DNA of 64,000 bases, from positions 224,001-288,000 of the forward strand of contig CAVSQW010000009.1 of NCBI GenBank assembly GCA_963730185.1, written 5' to 3'. The notes under the pieces were generated by a model. That model was not told the origin of the DNA. It made no database searches and was given only the letters and a program-made list of their open reading frames with translations. This document shows positions 46,466-55,652 of the stretch, piece by piece. The first letter of the stretch is position 1; every line of letters begins with the position of its first letter. Source of the stretch: an uncultured Gemmatimonadales bacterium. Lineage in GTDB: Bacteria; Gemmatimonadota; Gemmatimonadetes; Gemmatimonadales; GWC2-71-9. A program made the position numbers and the translations under genes.

Positions 46466-47029
46466 CCGCTGGTCTCGCCGTTGTCGGGACCGGAAATCTA
46501 GATCGACCGCCCTGTCTCGCGGACGTGACCGGATTCCAGCGGGAACCTCGCTCTGTCGGCAAGGGCGTCTCCGAGGCCTCCGCCGGGCCATCGAGCGGAA
46601 GCGAAGGCCCCCGCCGCCGGATCACTCTTTCGTCATGGATCCTCCGATCGGGCTGGCCACCACCTTCGGCGCCGACTTGAAGTGGCCTGGGCGGGCCCGT
46701 GGTGGAGGCTCGACCCATTCCGCTTCGGGCCCAATGGTGCTATCAGTGAGATGGGGGAGTTCGCTGGGCCTCGCTCGCCCGGACGGGGAGTCCGGCCCGT
46801 GGGGGGCCGGACGAGGCTAAATTGCGTTGGGGTATCCGCTCCTCGCGGCTGGGTTTCCGGCCGTCCGACCTCGCCCTCACCGGGCTCCGACCGCGGGGAT
46901 CTGAAGCGTCGCTCGTGCTCCCGGCACAGTCAGGGGTTCCAGCATTCGTTGCCGCGAGGTCGGGGCGCCGGGCCCCGCATCGTCGTCGTCGTCGTACTGA
47001 AGCGTCCGTTTCGTGTAAGGAGTGCCGTC

Positions 47030-47956
47030 ATGCTACCAGGTCAGACTGCATCGGCCCCCGGGTTTGGGATCGCCCCGGGTGGGAACCGACTGTCGACGGC
47101 TGCCCGGCTCGGTCGGGTCCGCCTCCAGGTTGCCGATCTGGACCGATCGATCGCCTGGTACCGTCGGACCATGGGCCTCGAGCTCCGTGATGCCCGTGGC
47201 AACCGCGCGGTGCTGGGCCCGGGCGCGGTTCCGGAGCCGTTGATCGAGCTCCGCGAGCTCCCCGGTGCCGCGCCGGTGCCGGAGCGGGGTCGCCTCGGCC
47301 TCTACCATGCGGCGCTCCGCCTTCCGGGCCGGCGGTCCCTCGCCAACTTCGTCCAGCATGCCCGGGCCGCCGGCGTGGAGCTCGGCGCCTCCGATCACCT
47401 GGTGAGCGAGTCGGTCTATCTCCGTGATCCCGACGGCCACGGACTCGAGGTCTATGCCGACCGGCCGCAGGAAGGGTGGAAGAGCCGCGAGACTCCCCAG
47501 GGGCGCGAGCTGCTCATGGTGACTGAGCCCTTGGACATGGACGGGTTGGTGGCGACCGCTGCGGAGGTACCCTGGAGCGGGATCGCCGGTGACACCGTGG
47601 TAGGGCACGTGCACCTGCACGTCGGCAACCTCGAGCAAGCTCGCGACTTCTATCACCGGGGTCTGGGTCTGGACCTGGTGGTCTGGTCCTCCCCGGGGGC
47701 GCTCTTCTTCTCGGCCGGCGGATATCACCATCGCATCGGGGTCAACGTCTGGTCAGGCCCGGAGGCCGTGCCGGCCCCCGCCGACGAGGCTCGTCTGCTC
47801 TCCTGGACCCTGATCGTTCCCGCGGAGAGCGATCTCGAGGCCCTGGCCGCTGGTCTGGAGGCCGCGGGCTACCCGGTTACCCGGGCCGAGCCCGGCTACT
47901 ACAAGGCTGCGGACCCCTGGGGCACCCAGGTCGTGATGCGCACGCCGCCGAGATAA
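47030..47956 (+). CDS. VOC-family protein (CatE-like, two glyoxalase domains)
   Basis: GLYHAAL, SDHLVSESVYLRDPDGHGLEVYAD, GHVHLHV, AGGYHH; TAAGGAG RBS before ATG 47030. Confidence 0.88.
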   Translation: MLPGQTASAPGFGIAPGGNRLSTAARLGRVRLQVADLDRSIAWYRRTMGLELRDARGNRAVLGPGAVPEPLIELRELPGAAPVPERGRLGLYHAALRLPGRRSLANFVQHARAAGVELGASDHLVSESVYLRDPDGHGLEVYADRPQEGWKSRETPQGRELLMVTEPLDMDGLVATAAEVPWSGIAGDTVVGHVHLHVGNLEQARDFYHRGLGLDLVVWSSPGALFFSAGGYHHRIGVNVWSGPEAVPAPADEARLLSWTLIVPAESDLEALAAGLEAAGYPVTRAEPGYYKAADPWGTQVVMRTPPR

Positions 47957-47980
47957 GACGGTGGACGGGTCGCCCGTCCG

Positions 47981-49147
47981 TCACGCCTGTCTCAGCGCCT
48001 CCACCACCTGCTGCCGGGCCGCATGCCGGGCCGGTAGCAGCCCGCCGACCACCCCCATCACCACCGCGAAGATCATCCCGTTCAGGAGCAGCGCCGGCGT
48101 GACCCGGAAGGCGAAGGCCACCTCGCTGAACGAGGCCCAGTTGGTCGTGCTGGTGACCAGTCCATTGATCGGGAGTGCCAGGAGGCACCCGATTCCGCCG
48201 CCCAGGGCGGCGATGAAGACCGCCTCCAGGAGAAACGAGGCCAGGATGCTTCGGGGGCGAAACCCGAGTGTCAGCAGGACCCCGATCTCCGGCGCTCGTG
48301 ACGCCACCGCCGCGTACATCGTGTTGATCGCGCCGAAGATGGCGCCCACCCCCATGATCAGGGCCACGAACACGGCGATGAAGCCCAGCACCCGGGAGAG
48401 CATGATCGACTGATTGGCGTAGAAGTCCCGCTCCCGGAACGCGTCCACGGCCAGCCGCGAATCGCCTTCGAGGGTCTCCTTGATGCCGGCGAACGCCGCG
48501 GGGTCTTTCATCCGGAAGGTCACCGTCTGGAAGATCTCGCCCCGAAAGACCGGCATGAACTGCTCGTTCTCGCCCCAGATCTCCGACTCGAAGGAGGATC
48601 CGCCGGCGGTGAAGTGCCCGACGATGGTCCAGTCCTCGTCGGCGAAGCGCACCACCTTCCCGACCTCGGAGTTGGGGAACCGCTGGGCGTAGGCGACCCC
48701 GACCACTACCTCGCGCGACCCGGGCCGGAACTGGCGCCCGTCCACGATCTGGACGTCCTTCCGAACCTGGAACGCCTCGGGGCTCACGCCCCGCACCACC
48801 ACGTTCGCCATTCCGCCCTGGTTGGCCCGTTGCAGGGGAACCACGACGAACGTCTCGGGGCTCACCAGCGGTCGCCCCTCCGGCCCGCGCGCGACGAACG
48901 GGTAGCCGCCGATGATGCTGGCTGCCTGCCGGTTGATGCCGCTGCTCATCTCCGAGTTGGCGCCCTTCCGGAGCACCAGCACGTTCTCGGTCGACCCGGT
49001 GCTGACCAGCGCCGCCTGAAAACCGTTGGCCATGGCGTTCATGGCCACGAACACGGCGACCACCAGCGCCATGCCGAGCGCCGTGGTGAGGGTCGACACC
49101 GGGCGCTGACGGAGGCTGCGGAGGTTGTAGACGATCGGAATCTTCAT
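47981..49147 (-). CDS. ABC transporter permease (MacB/FtsX family)
   Basis: NTMYAAVASRAPEIGVLLTLGF; start ATG 49147. Confidence 0.88.
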   Translation of the reverse strand: MKIPIVYNLRSLRQRPVSTLTTALGMALVVAVFVAMNAMANGFQAALVSTGSTENVLVLRKGANSEMSSGINRQAASIIGGYPFVARGPEGRPLVSPETFVVVPLQRANQGGMANVVVRGVSPEAFQVRKDVQIVDGRQFRPGSREVVVGVAYAQRFPNSEVGKVVRFADEDWTIVGHFTAGGSSFESEIWGENEQFMPVFRGEIFQTVTFRMKDPAAFAGIKETLEGDSRLAVDAFRERDFYANQSIMLSRVLGFIAVFVALIMGVGAIFGAINTMYAAVASRAPEIGVLLTLGFRPRSILASFLLEAVFIAALGGGIGCLLALPINGLVTSTTNWASFSEVAFAFRVTPALLLNGMIFAVVMGVVGGLLPARHAARQQVVEALRQA

Positions 49148-49157
49148 CGAGTCCCCC

Positions 49158-50297
49158 TCACGCCACACGGCGGAGCGCGCCTACGACCGAGAGCCGCGCG
49201 GATTGAATGGCCGGGATCGTCCCGCTCACCACGCCGAGCAGGGCGGCGAGACCGAGACCCAGCCCGATGGTGCCGACCGTGACGCTGAACCCCGGGAAAA
49301 ACGAGGTGAGCGGGTTGTTGCCGGAGAAAGCCAGCCGAGCCAGCCCCAGCCCGAGGCCTCCGCCGAGCACCGCGATCGCCACCGACTCGAGTACCACCAG
49401 GGCCGAGAGCATCCCGTCGCGGAAGCCCAGGGTCTTGAGGACCGCCGTCTCGCCGACCCGCTCCCGGACCGCCATCATCATGGTGTTGGCCGCCACGAAG
49501 AGAATGGCGAAGAACACCGCCGTCCCGATGGCGCTCACCAGGAAACCGATGTTCCCCCACATGGTCACGAACCCCGCCTGGAACGCCCGCTCCGTCTCGG
49601 TCTTGGTGGGCGCCCGGGAGTTCTTGAACTGGCCGTCGATCGCGGCGGCCACCTCGGCGGCCCGATCGGGGCGCTCGAGCTGCAGCACGAACCACCCGGG
49701 CGTGATCTGCCGGTTGGTCCGTTCGTAGAGGTACTGGTAGTGGAAATACAGAACCTGATCGCCGATGCTCGGATCGCTGGGGCGATAGGCGGCCCGGATG
49801 GTGAACTCCCAATCGCCGGGAAAGATGGTGCCCTTGAGAGTGACCGTCTGGCCGAGCTTCCAGCCGTATTTCTTCATCAGCCCTTCGCCGACCACGGCCG
49901 CGGTCCGCTCCCGGAGGTACTGGTCCAGGTTGCCTTGGGAGATCTGGATCTCCGGGTACATCGCGAAGTAGGTGTCGCCTTTGACCGCGAACTGGGCGAA
50001 GAAGTCCTGCGGGTTCTGGTAGTACCCGCCGAACCAGTTGGCCCAGGTGACGCTCTTGACGCCGTCGGCCGCCACCAGGCGGTTGGCGTAGGACTCGGGC
50101 AGGAGGAAGGTGATCCCGCTGGCGTTCGAGGTCACCAGTCGGGCCTCGCTGCCCACCCGCGACGCCGCGTCGAGCGTGGTGGTCACCGACCGGAGCATGC
50201 CAAAGAGAAAGAACGCCACGGCGACGCTGGCCACCGTCAAAAAGGTCCGCTTCTTGTTCCGGAACACGTTGGCCCGGATCAGTCGCGCCACGGTCAT
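49158..50297 (-). CDS. ABC transporter permease (MacB/FtsX family)
   Basis: NWFGG, NTMMMAVRERVGETAVLKTLGF; ATG 50297 overlaps the ATPase stop. Confidence 0.88.
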   Translation of the reverse strand: MTVARLIRANVFRNKKRTFLTVASVAVAFFLFGMLRSVTTTLDAASRVGSEARLVTSNASGITFLLPESYANRLVAADGVKSVTWANWFGGYYQNPQDFFAQFAVKGDTYFAMYPEIQISQGNLDQYLRERTAAVVGEGLMKKYGWKLGQTVTLKGTIFPGDWEFTIRAAYRPSDPSIGDQVLYFHYQYLYERTNRQITPGWFVLQLERPDRAAEVAAAIDGQFKNSRAPTKTETERAFQAGFVTMWGNIGFLVSAIGTAVFFAILFVAANTMMMAVRERVGETAVLKTLGFRDGMLSALVVLESVAIAVLGGGLGLGLARLAFSGNNPLTSFFPGFSVTVGTIGLGLGLAALLGVVSGTIPAIQSARLSVVGALRRVA

Positions 50298-51016
50298 CGG
50301 GACAAGACCCCCTTGTCCATGTGCATCGTCGCCTGGGCCCGGGCGGCGGCGTGCGCGTCGTGGGTGACGATTAGGATGGTCTTGTTGAATTCCCGGTTCA
50401 GGCGCTCGAGCAGGGTCAGGATCTCGTCGCCTGAGGCGGCGTCCAGGTCGCCCGTGGGCTCGTCGCCGAGGATGATGGTGGGGTCGCTGACGATGGCTCG
50501 CGCGATGCCCACCCGCTGCTGCTGGCCGCCGGAGAGCTGGTTGGGGTAGTGGCGGGCCCGATCGCTGAGCCCGACTACCTCCAGCGCGGTCATGACGTGT
50601 TCCCGCCGCTGCTTGGACGAAAGGTGGGTCAGGAGCAGCGGCAGCTCTACGTTCTCCGCCGCCGTAAGCACGGGGAGCAGGTTGTAGAACTGGAAGATGA
50701 AGCCGATATGGGTCGCCCGCCATGCGGCCAGCTGCTTGGCCTTGAGCCGGGTGATCTCTTGACCGCCGATCGCCACGCTGCCCCGGTCGGGCCGGTCCAG
50801 ACCGGCCAGGATGTTGAGCAGGGTGGACTTGCCACTTCCCGAGGGGCCCATCAAGGCCAGGAACTCGCCGTCCCGAATCTCGAGGTCCACGTTCTCGAAC
50901 ACCTGGATGATTTCGGCGCCGCGGCGATAGGACTTGGCGAGATCGCGAATCTCCACCAACACCGCGCCCGGCCGGCCCGTCCCTCCGTTCGCCTGCATCG
51001 TCTCACTGGCCGTCAT
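50294..51016 (-). CDS. ABC transporter ATP-binding protein (LolD/MacB type)
   Basis: [28 protein letters not shown]. Confidence 0.95.
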   Translation of the reverse strand: MTASETMQANGGTGRPGAVLVEIRDLAKSYRRGAEIIQVFENVDLEIRDGEFLALMGPSGSGKSTLLNILAGLDRPDRGSVAIGGQEITRLKAKQLAAWRATHIGFIFQFYNLLPVLTAAENVELPLLLTHLSSKQRREHVMTALEVVGLSDRARHYPNQLSGGQQQRVGIARAIVSDPTIILGDEPTGDLDAASGDEILTLLERLNREFNKTILIVTHDAHAAARAQATMHMDKGVLSR

Positions 51017-52220
51017 GGACCTTGTCTCCCTGCTTGAGTGTGAGCGGAGGGTCGATCACGATGTTCTCGCCGCCGGAGAGACCCGAGCGCACCTCCCGCC
51101 GCCCGCCCGACACCGGCCCGGCCTCGACGAGGGTCCGGGACACCGCGCCGTCCCGGACCACCCAGACGATCGTCCGGCCCCCGTCCGACGCCACCGCGTC
51201 GGCCGGGACGAAGATTCGCATCGGTGCGGCCGAGTCGGCCGCGGCCGTGAGGAAGTCCACTCGGGCGCCCATCTCCGGCAGGATCCTGGGATCCTTGTCG
51301 ACGATGGTCACCTTGACCTGAACCGTGGCCCGCTGGCGGTCGGCGGTCGGCACGATCTGTCGCACCTCCCCGGCAAAGCTCGCGGTGGGGTACGCGTCGA
51401 GCACGATGCGGGTCGGCTGGCCACTCTGGATCTGGGCGATGTACGCCTCGTTGACGTCGACCTCGACCTCGAGAGTTTGAAGGTCGGCCATCGTCACTAC
51501 CGCCCCCCGGGTCAGGCCGCCGCCCGTCGCCACCGGCGCCACCACCTCGCCGACCTCGGCGTCCTTGCGGAGGACGGTGCCGTCGAACGGTGCTCGAATG
51601 GAGGTGTTCTCGAGATTGGCGCGGGCGTAGGCGATGGCCGCCGTCGCCGACTGAACCTGCGCCTCCTGGACCCCGATACGGGCGTCGGCGGCGGCCACCT
51701 GCGAGGTCAGATCCTCCACCGTCCGGGCCGCCTCCAGGTTCCGGACGAGCAGGTCCTTCGCCCGCTGGAGGTCCCGAGCCAGCTGCTCTCGCGTCGTCTT
51801 CGCCTCGAGGAGCGACGCCTCGGCCCGAGCACTGTCGGCGACGGCCTGCGCCACCGCGGCGCCATACTCCGCGTTTTCGAGCCGGGCCAGCACCTGGCCG
51901 CGCTTGACCACGCTGCCCTCCTCGACGGTGAGCGACGCCAGACGCCCGGAGATCCGGGAGGACACCGAGGCCCTGGTGCGGGCGACCACGTAGCCGTTGG
52001 CGGTGATCCCGGCGGCTGAGCCGTTCTCGCCGCCGCTGACCTCGACCCGCGCCAACTTGACGTCGACCGTGGCGTTCCGGCGGAGAAACCAGAGCGTCCC
52101 GCCGACGAAGACGATTGCCGCGACCGCGAGCCCGATCACCCACGGGAGGGCTCGATTCGGCGCGGCCGAGGGTTGGTTCCGGTCGATCCGGAGGCGATGG
52201 AGGTCGGGCGGTGTGGTCAT
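51003..52220 (-). CDS. Efflux periplasmic adaptor subunit (MacA/HlyD type)
   Basis: ANGYVVAR, lipoyl-like halves, IRAPFDG, VDVNE, LPEM. Confidence 0.9.
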   Translation of the reverse strand: MTTPPDLHRLRIDRNQPSAAPNRALPWVIGLAVAAIVFVGGTLWFLRRNATVDVKLARVEVSGGENGSAAGITANGYVVARTRASVSSRISGRLASLTVEEGSVVKRGQVLARLENAEYGAAVAQAVADSARAEASLLEAKTTREQLARDLQRAKDLLVRNLEAARTVEDLTSQVAAADARIGVQEAQVQSATAAIAYARANLENTSIRAPFDGTVLRKDAEVGEVVAPVATGGGLTRGAVVTMADLQTLEVEVDVNEAYIAQIQSGQPTRIVLDAYPTASFAGEVRQIVPTADRQRATVQVKVTIVDKDPRILPEMGARVDFLTAAADSAAPMRIFVPADAVASDGGRTIVWVVRDGAVSRTLVEAGPVSGGRREVRSGLSGGENIVIDPPLTLKQGDKVHDGQ

Positions 52221-52241
52221 GTCGATCGATCGTGAAAAGGG

Positions 52242-52811
52242 TCAGGCCACGTCCCAGGCGCGCTCGACCTCGTCGGTGGCGCGGCGGAGCACCTCGATTA
52301 CCCGCTCCAGCGACGGGTGATCGGGACCGTAGCGCCAGGCTCGGCGGAAGGTGACCGACGCCAGCTTGGCGAACGCGGAATTCAACTCGGCCATCCGCCC
52401 GCCGGCGAACCCGCGGATCGTGTCGCGGACCCGCTCCAAGATGCCGTCGAGGGTCTCCGCGTTCTCCTCGAGAAACGCCTCGCCCTCGGCGGTGATCGAA
52501 TAGACCCTCTTGCCCTCGTGCTCGACCGACTTGACGTAGCCCTGGTCCTCCAGGAGCTGAAGGGTGGGGTAGATCGTCCCCGCCGAAGGCGTATAGCAGC
52601 CGGCGAACCGCTCCTCCAGCTCCTTAATCACGTCGTAGCCGTGACGGGGCTTTTCGCGGAGGAGACGGAGAATTACGAACTTGATCTCGCCGGCCTCGAA
52701 CATCGGTTGGCGGCGCTTCCGGCGCCGCTGCTTTCGCGACCAGTCGCGCCCCCACCAGTCGAAGCCGAGGAGGTCACCGAGATCGAAGCTCCAGTCGTCG
52801 TGGCTGGCCAT
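52242..52811 (-). CDS. PadR family transcriptional regulator
   Basis: PRHGYDVIK, PSAGTIYPTLQLLED, YSITAEG; start ATG 52811 inferred. Confidence 0.92.
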   Translation of the reverse strand: MASHDDWSFDLGDLLGFDWWGRDWSRKQRRRKRRQPMFEAGEIKFVILRLLREKPRHGYDVIKELEERFAGCYTPSAGTIYPTLQLLEDQGYVKSVEHEGKRVYSITAEGEAFLEENAETLDGILERVRDTIRGFAGGRMAELNSAFAKLASVTFRRAWRYGPDHPSLERVIEVLRRATDEVERAWDVA

Positions 52812-52872
52812 GATATTCACCCAGGTTGGGCGGAAGCGAGACCCCAGATGGGCCTCGGCTCGTCGCGTTGTT

Positions 52873-52926
52873 CGATATGACGTCGACATATCTCCAGATA
52901 TAGCTAGCACAGCACACGATATATCG
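52873..52926. promoter_or_regulatory. Four GATATATC-like boxes, probable PadR operators
   Basis: CGATATGACG 52873, CGACATATCT 52884, AGATATAGCT 52896 and the perfect palindrome CGATATATCG 52917, in an AT-rich patch. Confidence 0.65.
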
Positions 52927-52936
52927 ATTGTTCAGA

Positions 52937-52963
52937 TACGGAACTGCGACTTCAGCTGTTTCA
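52937..52963 (-). promoter_or_regulatory. Putative ECF sigma promoter TGAAAC-N17-CGTA
   Basis: Directly upstream of the operator boxes and oriented toward padR. Confidence 0.55.
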
Positions 52964-52993
52964 ACGGACGCGAAAAGGGTGTGGCGGAGGGAC

Positions 52994-53278
52994 TCAGGGC
53001 TCCAGGCCGGCAGCTCTAAGGAACCGGGTGGTGAGGGTCTCGAGGCGGTCGTCGTCGCCCTCGATCGCTTCCGCAAGTAGCTGCCGCACCTCGGCTTCCA
53101 GGCGCGGATCGCCCCAGCGGAAGCCGGTGGCTTCCTCGGCGCCGATGGAATCGCCCTGATTGGCGCCGGCAATCAGGGTGCGGGCCGCCGCCATCGGATA
53201 GCCGGGGTCGTCGCGGGCCGGGAGGACGTAGCGGGGCGGTGGCTCACCCTGATCCTCGTTGACGAAAGCGCGGGACAT
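52994..53278 (-). CDS. Small hypothetical protein (94 aa) starting MSRAFVNED
   Basis: ATG 53278, coding-like codon usage; the upstream part of the long ORF is antisense to the Spy-like gene. Confidence 0.7.
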   Translation of the reverse strand: MSRAFVNEDQGEPPPRYVLPARDDPGYPMAAARTLIAGANQGDSIGAEEATGFRWGDPRLEAEVRQLLAEAIEGDDDRLETLTTRFLRAAGLEP

Positions 53279-53402
53279 GAACCGAAGATACCCCGGTTGG
53301 CCGCTCCCCTTAATGGTTGGGCCGTGGCGACGTCGTGGATGTGGAATGCAGGGACCCCAAGGGTCAGGGGTGCTGGCCCGGGATCCGATTGGAGGACCGA
53401 AC

Positions 53403-54124
53403 ATGTCGACCCGTACGATAGGCCTCGTGACCGGGGGCTGGCGTTGGCGCTGGCGCTGCCGCTCGTGGCCCAAACGCCGCCCGCCGATCAGCCGGCTCGC
53501 CCGCCCGAGCTGCCGATTGGCGCCGAACGAGCCTTGGGAATGAGGGCGCAGCTGGGCCTCTCCGCCCAGCAGATCGATCGGCTGGAAGCCATCCGAAAGA
53601 CCCAACTCGAGGGCCGGCAGGCGCGAATGAGCGAGATGCTGGATCTCCGGTCTCGACTGGAGGCCGGCGACATTTCGAGGGACCGGTTTCGGGCCGAGCT
53701 CGAGGCGCGCCGGGAGACGGTGCGAGTCCGGACACCGGCCGAGGGAAGTCGGGTCCGCGACATCCTGACCGACGCGCAACGGGAGAAGTTCGGGACCCTG
53801 CGGCGAGAGGCCATGCGCGAGCGTCGGTTCGCCGGCCGGGGCGGGTCGTTCCGGCGAGGAGGCGGCCGGGGGGCCGTGGTGTTCGGCCGGTCTGGCTTCG
53901 GGCGCCGGGGCTTCGGGCCGGGCCGACTCCCCGGCTTCCGCCGGGCTCCGGGTAACCGGGGAATGGGGCCCGGCCTGCCACCTGGCGGGCGACCGAGGGT
54001 GGGTGGCGCTCCCGGTCAGATGTGGCGCCGCGGACCCGACGCCGGGCCGGTCGCCCCTCGCTTCAATCGGGTCCGTCCCCGCCCGGATTCCACGGCGGTC
54101 CGTCCGCCGGACGACGGTCGGTAG
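53403..54124 (+). pseudogene. Spy/CpxP-like periplasmic protein with apparent frameshift at G5 run 53433-53437
   Basis: GGAGG RBS and ATG 53403 lie in a different frame from the body (LGLSAQQ, ILTDAQ motifs); one extra G restores a signal peptide. Confidence 0.65.
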
Positions 54125-54133
54125 GTGTCACCG

Positions 54134-54166
54134 CTCGAGCCCGGTCCCGGTCGGACCGGGCTCGAG
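54134..54166. terminator. Perfect 14-bp hairpin between convergent genes
   Basis: CTCGAGCCCGGTCC-N5-GGACCGGGCTCGAG; no U-tract. Confidence 0.6.
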
Positions 54167-54202
54167 GTCGTTCGGCGAGTCTTACCCGTCGCCGGGACCG
54201 GG

Positions 54203-55621
54203 TCACCGGTCCCATAGGTTGTGGATGTCGCCGCAGACGGACGGCATCCCCTCGACCTTTCCCTCCGTCAAGACGTACAGCATGGCCGGGCGGGCGCAGC
54301 CGAAGCCGGCGCCGTGGGCCTCGTTCCGCACGACGATGTGGCGGGAGTTGGGGAGGTGCTCGGCGACCCGCTCCGCGACGTCCGGCGGGGTGACCGGATC
54401 GAACCAGCCCGAGAAGAGGACCGTCGGCGTGCCGGTCTGGAGCGGCTCTCGGGTGTGGGGGCCGATCGGCGCCCGGACCCACTCGTCGCAGATGGTCCGA
54501 TACTCGTCCGCCAGGTAGGTCCCCATGAAGCTGCCGGCCACCAGCGAGGGGATCTCCGCCGGCCGGATGAAGGGCACGTCCTCCGCGCAGAAGATCGCGA
54601 AGTGGAGCCCGTCCGCGAACGTTTCGGCGAAGTCGGCGGCCCGGCTCCAATAGGCTTGGGCGAAGTCGCTCAGGTCACCGGTGGAATCGGCTCGGTGGAT
54701 CAGCCCGGGCAAGGCGCGCGCGCCGCGACTGGAGTAGAGCAGGCCCCGCACGGCGTAGCGGAAGTCCCCCAGCGACATGGAGACCTGCGCCCCGGTCGAA
54801 TCCGGCCGCCGGACCGAGGCGGTCACGGGGCCCGCGGCGAAGCGCTCCATCAGGCGCCCGAACGCGCCGGCCAGGTCCGGATTGCCGGTGGCGCAGGGCG
54901 AATAGGCCGCGCAGTCGGCGAAGACCCGCTGGAGCGATTGCTCGACCGAGGCGGCGTACCCGGCCGGAGCGCGGAAGTCGAAGGGCACCACGCCGTCCAG
55001 GACGGCGGCCGTGACCCGGTCAGGATGCGCCTTCACGTACGCCTGGGCGATTCGGGTCCCGTACGACCCGCCCCAGACGATGACCCGGTCGTAGCTGAGG
55101 GCGGCCCGAACGTCGTCGACGTCCTCGACCGCGATCTCCGTGGTGTAGAAGCGGAGGTCGGCGTGGCGTTCGAGGTCGCCTCGGCAGCCGGCGAACAGGG
55201 CCGGGTCGAAGACGTGGCCGAACGCCGACTGCGGTTTCGCCACGACGTCGGCGACGCAGCGGAGCAGGTTGGAGCCGCCGGTGCCGCGCTGATCGACCAT
55301 CACGATGTCCCGGGTCTTCAGGACCGGCCCGAGAACGGCCCGAGCCATGTCGGCGAGCTCGGTGCTACCCTGACCCGGTCCGCCGGCGAAGAGGAAGACC
55401 GGCTCTCGACGGCCGGGGGCCCTTGCCCGGAACACCGCGAAGTGGATATGGAGCCGGCGACCGATCGCGGCCGCGCGATTCTCCCAGACCAGGACGGCCC
55501 CGCATTGGGCGCTGGGGCCCAGGCTCCGGTCCTGGCAAGGGTGGAGCGCCTGGGCTTCGGCCAACGGGGCCGAGCCCCCGAGCAGGGTCCCGAAGATCGC
55601 GGCGATCGTGGTGACCTTCAT
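54203..55621 (-). CDS. Exported alpha/beta hydrolase (TAP-like, S33)
   Basis: AGGPGQG, DQRGTG, GGSYG, DPVTP, AHG; signal peptide. Confidence 0.88.
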   Translation of the reverse strand: MKVTTIAAIFGTLLGGSAPLAEAQALHPCQDRSLGPSAQCGAVLVWENRAAAIGRRLHIHFAVFRARAPGRREPVFLFAGGPGQGSTELADMARAVLGPVLKTRDIVMVDQRGTGGSNLLRCVADVVAKPQSAFGHVFDPALFAGCRGDLERHADLRFYTTEIAVEDVDDVRAALSYDRVIVWGGSYGTRIAQAYVKAHPDRVTAAVLDGVVPFDFRAPAGYAASVEQSLQRVFADCAAYSPCATGNPDLAGAFGRLMERFAAGPVTASVRRPDSTGAQVSMSLGDFRYAVRGLLYSSRGARALPGLIHRADSTGDLSDFAQAYWSRAADFAETFADGLHFAIFCAEDVPFIRPAEIPSLVAGSFMGTYLADEYRTICDEWVRAPIGPHTREPLQTGTPTVLFSGWFDPVTPPDVAERVAEHLPNSRHIVVRNEAHGAGFGCARPAMLYVLTEGKVEGMPSVCGDIHNLWDR

Positions 55622-55652
55622 GTTGCCTCCGAGCGGGACCCGACGAATCGGC

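Noticed and set aside
54134..54166. Hairpin as a possible REP or MITE element
   Set aside because: No second copy seen and no target-site duplication; best explained as a terminator-like stem.
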